Positions 15,493 through 20,000 of a stretch of 20,000 nt of DNA are shown piece by piece. Source of the stretch: an uncultured virus (IMG/VR IMGVR_UViG_3300010214_000051) (lineage: Duplodnaviria; Heunggongvirae; Uroviricota; Caudoviricetes); the IMG/VR virus record IMGVR_UViG_3300010214_000051, positions 44,536 to 64,535 of that record; one strand, 5' to 3'. Positions within the stretch are counted from its first letter, which is position 1. Every line of letters begins with the position of its first letter. A program made the position numbers and the translations under genes. The notes beneath the pieces are model-generated. The model worked only from the letters and a program-made list of their open reading frames with translations. It was not told the origin of the DNA and ran no database searches.

Positions 15493-15993
15493 TTGCCAAC
15501 ATCTGCCCGCTACGACTTTTTGCCCCCAGGCGTGACCTGTAAGGCCGCGCCTCGCGATATTACCGGAGAACGTTTCGATCGACTCGTTGCACTTCGTTGC
15601 GTCGGCAAACATGAAACCGGGTCGCTTCTATGGGAATGTCGCTGCGATTGTGGCGGGACCAAGGTTGTGCGTTCCAGCCATCTCGTGAACAAGAAGACGC
15701 GCTCATGCGGCTGCTATCGTTCTTATCCGAGGAAGCGGGGACACACGCCTTGGAACAAAGGTTTATCGTATCAAACCAAGGGCGACACCGAGGTTTTCAG
15801 AAGCAAAAAGGCATTCACTGAAGCGGCGCTGCGCCGTTTCGGTAATAAATGCTCGGAATGCGGTTGGGACAAAGGGCGATGTGACGCGCATCATATTGTC
15901 CACAGGTCTAAGGGCGGTCTCAACACAATCGAAAACGCGAAGATTTTGTGCCCCAACTGTCACCGAGTCCACCATGAAAAGGCGGGCTGGTGA
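15493..15993 (+). CDS. HNH homing endonuclease
   Basis: DITGERFDRL...WECRCDCG...SCGC N-domain, PWNKG, CxxC...HHI...N...LCPNCH; lower GC. Start uncertain: TTG 15493 after GGAGA, or GTG 15457. Confidence 0.85.
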   Translation: MPTSARYDFLPPGVTCKAAPRDITGERFDRLVALRCVGKHETGSLLWECRCDCGGTKVVRSSHLVNKKTRSCGCYRSYPRKRGHTPWNKGLSYQTKGDTEVFRSKKAFTEAALRRFGNKCSECGWDKGRCDAHHIVHRSKGGLNTIENAKILCPNCHRVHHEKAGW

Positions 15994-17828
15994 TGCGTTT
16001 CGGCAGTGTTTGCAGTGGCATCGAAGCCGCCTCTATTGCGTTCGCGCCCCTTGGTTGGGAGGCCGCGTGGTTGGCAGAGGTCGACGTGGCTGCGTCGCAG
16101 GTTCTCTCCCATCGGCTCGGTGCGACGGCGCCCGTCTTCCCGCTCAACGGGACAGAGAAGGCAATCTCGCGTCTGAAATGGGGTGGTCGGATCACCAACT
16201 GGGGCGACATGACCCGTGTCGCAGAGATGGTTCGCTCGGGTGAAGCCGAGGCGCCTGACGTTCTGTGCGGAGGAACCCCGTGCCAGTCGTTCTCTATCGC
16301 GGGTCTTCGGCGCGGCCTTGACGACGCGCGAGGCAATCTCGCGCTCGCGTTTATTCAACTGGCGAATGCGATTGACGAACGTCGTGCTGCCGAGGGCAAG
16401 GAGCCTTGTATTGTCATATTTGAGAACGTCCCCGGACTCCAGTCCTCCCATGATAACGCCTTCGGCTGTTTCCTCGCCGGACTTGCCGGGGATGACGACG
16501 CTCTTGAGCCTGGCCCACGACCTGGACCAGCACGGTCCTCTGCCTACTGGACATGGGACAAAAAGGCCGGTCAGCACCGCGCTAAGTGGCCGGACGCGGG
16601 TGCTGCTGTTGGACCCCAGAGGGCAGTCGGCTGGCGGATCGGCGATGCCCAATGGTTCGGCTTGGCCCAACGACGCCGTCGTATCTTCGTTGTCGCAAGT
16701 GCTCGTGAGGGGTTCGATCCCGCAGCAATACTTCTTGAGTTCGACGGCGTGCGCCGGGATTCTCCGCCGAGCCGAGAAACGGGGCAAGAAGTTGCCGGAA
16801 CCCTTGATGCTCGCACTGATGGCGGCGGTTTCCCAGGATCAGACGGAGCCGCACAGTATCACGTCGTCCCTCATGGACTCGGAAGCGGACGACCTGATGG
16901 ATCTGTTGGGCTAGGGTTCGCGGTTGAAGTCTGCCCGACGCNNNNNNNNNNCGCAGGCGGGAACACGACCGGGGGCGATCGTCCGCCTGGCACCGACGTC
17001 GACACAGCTGATAGTCTCATCGTGCAGGCGGTCCCGACCTGGTGGGACGGATCGCCGGTCAGTCAGACGCTCGACGCCGTTCTCTACAAGGGGCAGACGA
17101 TGCCCGAGAAGAACCGCTTCCCGGCGGTGCTTCAGCCGGTCGCGTTCACGCAGAACAGCCGAGACGAAGTCCGCCTCATCAACGGCGACGGGCAGATAGC
17201 AGGGACACTTAGTGCAGAGGGCGGGACGCACCAGACGAACTATATCGCGCAATCCGTCGCCCTCCGTGGTCGAGACGGCGGCGCCACCGCAGAACTTGGT
17301 GGCGAAGCGGCCTATGCGCTGCGGGCGTCCGATGGCGGCGGGAGCGATCCCTATGTGCTGGCGCCGGTGGTCTGCGTCACAGGCGACGTCACCCACACGC
17401 TGAAGGCCGAAGGGTTCGACGCGTCAGAGGATGGCACGGGTCGCGGTCAGCCGATTGTAGCTTTTGACACCTACAATCAATCGACCAGTGATGTGACACA
17501 TACGCTCAGGAATCCGAACGGAACCTTCGGGGACGCACTGCCTGCCGTCTTCAACGGCGCCACCATGGCCGTCCGCCGCCTGATGCCCATCGAATGTCAC
17601 TATCTTCAAGGTTTTCCGGGCGACTGGTGCGCCGTCCTGACCGGGCCGAAGGGCGACAAGATCGCTGCCGACGGCCCGCAATACAAGCAGCTTGGGAACT
17701 CCTGGGCGGTCAATCACGCCCGCTGGGTCGGCTATCGGATCGCCGCGTGGCTCGCCGCGAATCCGTCGCGCCCGGTGATCGAGATGGAGTTCGACGAGAA
17801 CCTGCTGATGTGGGCGCTCGCGGCATGA
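15993..17828 (+). CDS. C5 DNA cytosine methyltransferase with greatly expanded variable region
   Basis: Motif I SVCSGIEA, IV GGTPCQSFS, VI ENVPG, VIII QRRRRIF, IX RRLMPIEC..LQGFP, X LGNS; spans a 10-N gap. Confidence 0.92.
   Translation: MRFGSVCSGIEAASIAFAPLGWEAAWLAEVDVAASQVLSHRLGATAPVFPLNGTEKAISRLKWGGRITNWGDMTRVAEMVRSGEAEAPDVLCGGTPCQSFSIAGLRRGLDDARGNLALAFIQLANAIDERRAAEGKEPCIVIFENVPGLQSSHDNAFGCFLAGLAGDDDALEPGPRPGPARSSAYWTWDKKAGQHRAKWPDAGAAVGPQRAVGWRIGDAQWFGLAQRRRRIFVVASAREGFDPAAILLEFDGVRRDSPPSRETGQEVAGTLDARTDGGGFPGSDGAAQYHVVPHGLGSGRPDGSVGLGFAVEVCPTXXXXAGGNTTGGDRPPGTDVDTADSLIVQAVPTWWDGSPVSQTLDAVLYKGQTMPEKNRFPAVLQPVAFTQNSRDEVRLINGDGQIAGTLSAEGGTHQTNYIAQSVALRGRDGGATAELGGEAAYALRASDGGGSDPYVLAPVVCVTGDVTHTLKAEGFDASEDGTGRGQPIVAFDTYNQSTSDVTHTLRNPNGTFGDALPAVFNGATMAVRRLMPIECHYLQGFPGDWCAVLTGPKGDKIAADGPQYKQLGNSWAVNHARWVGYRIAAWLAANPSRPVIEMEFDENLLMWALAA
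16216..16914 (+). CDS. Nested +1-frame ORF in the MTase gene, M.EcoHK31I beta-subunit-like (start uncertain: 16216/16366/16450/16492/16645)
   Basis: 232 open codons; SLSQVL...QYFLSSTACAGILRRAEKRGKKLP motif; ends DDLMDLLG like other proteins of this phage. Confidence 0.7.
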   Translation: MSQRWFARVKPRRLTFCAEEPRASRSLSRVFGAALTTREAISRSRLFNWRMRLTNVVLPRARSLVLSYLRTSPDSSPPMITPSAVSSPDLPGMTTLLSLAHDLDQHGPLPTGHGTKRPVSTALSGRTRVLLLDPRGQSAGGSAMPNGSAWPNDAVVSSLSQVLVRGSIPQQYFLSSTACAGILRRAEKRGKKLPEPLMLALMAAVSQDQTEPHSITSSLMDSEADDLMDLLG

Positions 17829-18325
17829 CCGTCCTCGTCGTCACCGGCCATCGCCCTCACAAGCTTGGCGGCAACACGCCTCGCGTTCGCCTGGCCCTCG
17901 GTGGACTGGCGACCGAGTATCTGTGCCGCGAGCGGCCGGCGCAGGTCATCACCGGCATGGCGCTCGGCTGGGACCTGGCGGTCGCCGGCGCCTGCGTGGC
18001 GCTCGATATTCCATTCATCGCGGCGGTGCCGTTCGAGGGTCAGGAGATCCGCTGGCCCGACGACGCGCAAACTCGCTACCGGGATATGCTGGCGGCCGCC
18101 AGCGACGTGCAGATCGTTTCCCCGTGGCGGTGCAGCAGCGCCTACCAGGCGCGCAACGAGTGGATGGTGGATCGCGGCGACAAGCTTGCCGCCCTGTGGG
18201 ACGGCTCCTGGGGCGGCACGTTCAACTGCGTGAAGTATGCGCAGAAGCGCGGCCTGCCGATCGACCAGTTGTGGGAACGCTGGACTCTCGATGAAGAGGC
18301 GAGGGCTCTGTTGGGGTCTGTGTAA
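17825..18325 (+). CDS. SLOG family protein (YspA/DUF1273-like, 166 aa)
   Basis: VTGHRP, TGMALGWD, RNEWMVD, WDGS.GGT..CV.YA motifs; ATGA overlap. Confidence 0.88.
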   Translation: MTVLVVTGHRPHKLGGNTPRVRLALGGLATEYLCRERPAQVITGMALGWDLAVAGACVALDIPFIAAVPFEGQEIRWPDDAQTRYRDMLAAASDVQIVSPWRCSSAYQARNEWMVDRGDKLAALWDGSWGGTFNCVKYAQKRGLPIDQLWERWTLDEEARALLGSV

Positions 18326-18327
18326 TG

Positions 18328-18817
18328 TCACCGACGCCGCCGCGCCGGACACGCCTCTTCAATCACGTCGATCTGCTGCCCGGCGCCCGCCAGCGAAAAC
18401 GTGGCCTCCTGGACGCCTCGACCATGGACGCGGATCGCCAGCGGCAGCTCTGACCGAAATGCCGTCAGCATCGCTTCTGCGTCGCGTCCTTGAATCTGCG
18501 CGCTGGTGCCGGACATCAGATGGAAGGTGCTCCGCTTGATCTCCCCATCGCCCACCTTCCAGTCGACATAGACCTGATCCCGCCCGAGGAATGCCGGCCA
18601 CTGGAGGGCCACCTTCCGTCGGTCCGCCGCGCAGGTCAGGATCAACATGGCCTTCTCGGGCCGACCGATGACGTTGATGATCGGTTCGTCCGATTCCNNN
18701 NNNNNNNCCCGCCAGATAGGTTCGCTGCTGGTCGAGCGCAGAGGTGGTGTCGTCGATCAGCCATTCCGTCGGCGCGGTGGTCTGCAGCAGGGCTGCGGCG
18801 ATGAGGGCGGTGAACAT
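18328..18817 (-). CDS. Secreted/periplasmic protein, moron-like (single gene split by assembly gap)
   Basis: Signal peptide MFTALIAAALLQ; after the N gap the frame continues ESDEPIINVIGRPEKAMLILTC...EEAC, joining the two predicted ORFs. Confidence 0.7.
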
Positions 18818-18821
18818 GGTT

Positions 18822-20000
18822 CTACGATAGGCCTTGTTTCTCAGCTTCGTCCAGATGGTTGCTCCACCACGTCATCATCGCGCGGCGCTCTGCTAGATAT
18901 TCCGCCGCATTGTATGCCGACCGCACAGCATCGCCGGGAACGTGGGCCAGTTGGCGTTCGATGACGTCGGCACGAAAGAGCCCGCTCTCGTTCGCCAGCG
19001 TGGAAGCGGTGCCTCGGAAACCGTGCACGGTCGCCCGCGAATGGTAGCCCATCCGATAGAGCGCATAGATCAGGGTGTTGGCGGACATCATGCCGCCCAG
19101 GACGCCAGGCGCGATGTACGCGCTGCCTCTTCCTGCCGCTTTGAGGCGGGCGAGGATCGCCTGCGACTGCGGGGTCAGGGGGACCAGGTGGTCGCGCGAC
19201 ATCTTCATACGTTCGGCCGGGATGCGCCACAGGTCGCCGTCGATCTCCGACCACTCGGCCCCTCGCACCTCGCCGGTCCGCGTCCAGGTGTGGATCAGGA
19301 ACTCGAGCGCCAGCGGCGTGACCGGGTCGCCTTCGTATGCTCGCAACCTGCGGACGAACTCGGGCAGCTCGTTCGCCGGGAGCTTGGCCTGGTGCCGCAC
19401 CCGGGGCGAAGGCTTGAGCGCGCCACGAAGATCTCCGGTCGGGTCACGCTCTGCTCGGCCGGTGGCGATGGCGTAGCGAAACACCTGCCCGCACGACTGA
19501 CGCACGCGCTTCGCCATCTCCAAGGCGCCGCGCTCCTCGATCTTCCTGAGCATCGCCAGCACGTCGGGCGCTCCAATCGAGTCGATGGGCATGTCGCCGA
19601 TGTGCGGATAAACGTCGTCGCGCAGGCGAGACCCGACGCGAAGGGCGTGTGCCGCCGCCCATCGTTCGTTCATGCCGCGCAGCCATTCGTCAGCGATGGT
19701 TCTGAACGTCTCGCCGTCGCCCGCCGCTCGTGCGCCTTCCGCGACCAGTCCGAGCGCAGGGTCAAGGCCGTTCGCTAGTTGGCGTTTCGCGGCCTCTGAC
19801 TTCTCCCGGGCTTCGGTGATCCTGATCGCCGGATACGGGCCAAACGAGAGCAGCTTTTCCTTGCCGTTGAAGCGGTACTTCTGCCGCCACAGACGCGAAC
19901 CGTTGGGCGTGACGTAAAGGTAGAGTCCGCCGCCGTCGGAAAGCTTGTAGGGCTTGTCCCGACCCTTCGCGTTTCGGCAGGTGGCGTCGCTGAGAGGCAT
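18822..20000 (-). CDS. int: Tyrosine integrase, P4/IntA type with arm-binding domain
   Basis: KPYKLSDGGGLYL arm-binding N-terminus; catalytic RTGE, HGFR, LAH, AY. Confidence 0.96.
   Translation of the reverse strand: MPLSDATCRNAKGRDKPYKLSDGGGLYLYVTPNGSRLWRQKYRFNGKEKLLSFGPYPAIRITEAREKSEAAKRQLANGLDPALGLVAEGARAAGDGETFRTIADEWLRGMNERWAAAHALRVGSRLRDDVYPHIGDMPIDSIGAPDVLAMLRKIEERGALEMAKRVRQSCGQVFRYAIATGRAERDPTGDLRGALKPSPRVRHQAKLPANELPEFVRRLRAYEGDPVTPLALEFLIHTWTRTGEVRGAEWSEIDGDLWRIPAERMKMSRDHLVPLTPQSQAILARLKAAGRGSAYIAPGVLGGMMSANTLIYALYRMGYHSRATVHGFRGTASTLANESGLFRADVIERQLAHVPGDAVRSAYNAAEYLAERRAMMTWWSNHLDEAEKQGLS

Larger units (their letters stand above)
1..20000. mobile_element. Temperate phage / prophage segment (replication, regulation and integration modules; no structural genes in the window)
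   Basis: Integrase, primase-helicase, DUF2800/DUF2815, DNA polymerase, helicase, VRR-NUC, repressor/antirepressor-like genes and a cos-like site; dense ATGA-coupled genes; no host housekeeping genes. Confidence 0.93.

Noticed and set aside
15960..16787. 275-aa antisense ORF over the MTase
   Set aside because: No recognisable motifs or RBS; openness explained by constraint on the sense frames.
18698..18707. Apparent frameshift or pseudogene in the 18328-18817 gene
   Set aside because: The break coincides with a 10-N placeholder gap of unknown true length.
18818..20000. att site near the integrase
   Set aside because: No intergenic space downstream of int and the upstream side lies outside the window, so it cannot be called.

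Overview
The whole window reads as part of one GC-rich temperate phage or prophage; an alphaproteobacterial host is likely but is only an inference. The layout resembles Chi-like phages. Left to right: small translationally coupled genes; a c4-antisense-controlled antirepressor-like gene; a lipoprotein moron; a lambda-like cos candidate (~2725-2779); an iteron-rich origin candidate; and a leftward Prim-Pol/PriCT-2/VirE primase-helicase with a Cro-like HTH gene. A rightward replication operon follows (DUF2800, DUF2815 SSB, DEDD exonuclease, GIY-YIG, family-B-like DNA polymerase, SF2 helicase, VRR-NUC). After it come an HTH repressor-like gene, an HNH endonuclease, a large C5 DNA methyltransferase, a SLOG protein, a secreted moron and a P4/IntA-type integrase at the right edge. 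The most striking signals are: (1) a methyltransferase with about 7 tandem TRD-like modules and a protein nested in its +1 frame; (2) two covarying copies of a switch-like structured intergenic RNA; (3) a complete c4 antisense module; (4) an HTH repressor with a PD-(D/E)xK-like C-terminus and shared operators 8-9 kb apart; (5) recurring C-terminal peptide tags. Family assignments come from motif recognition by eye; no searches were run. There are two 10-N gaps (16942-16951 and 18698-18707).
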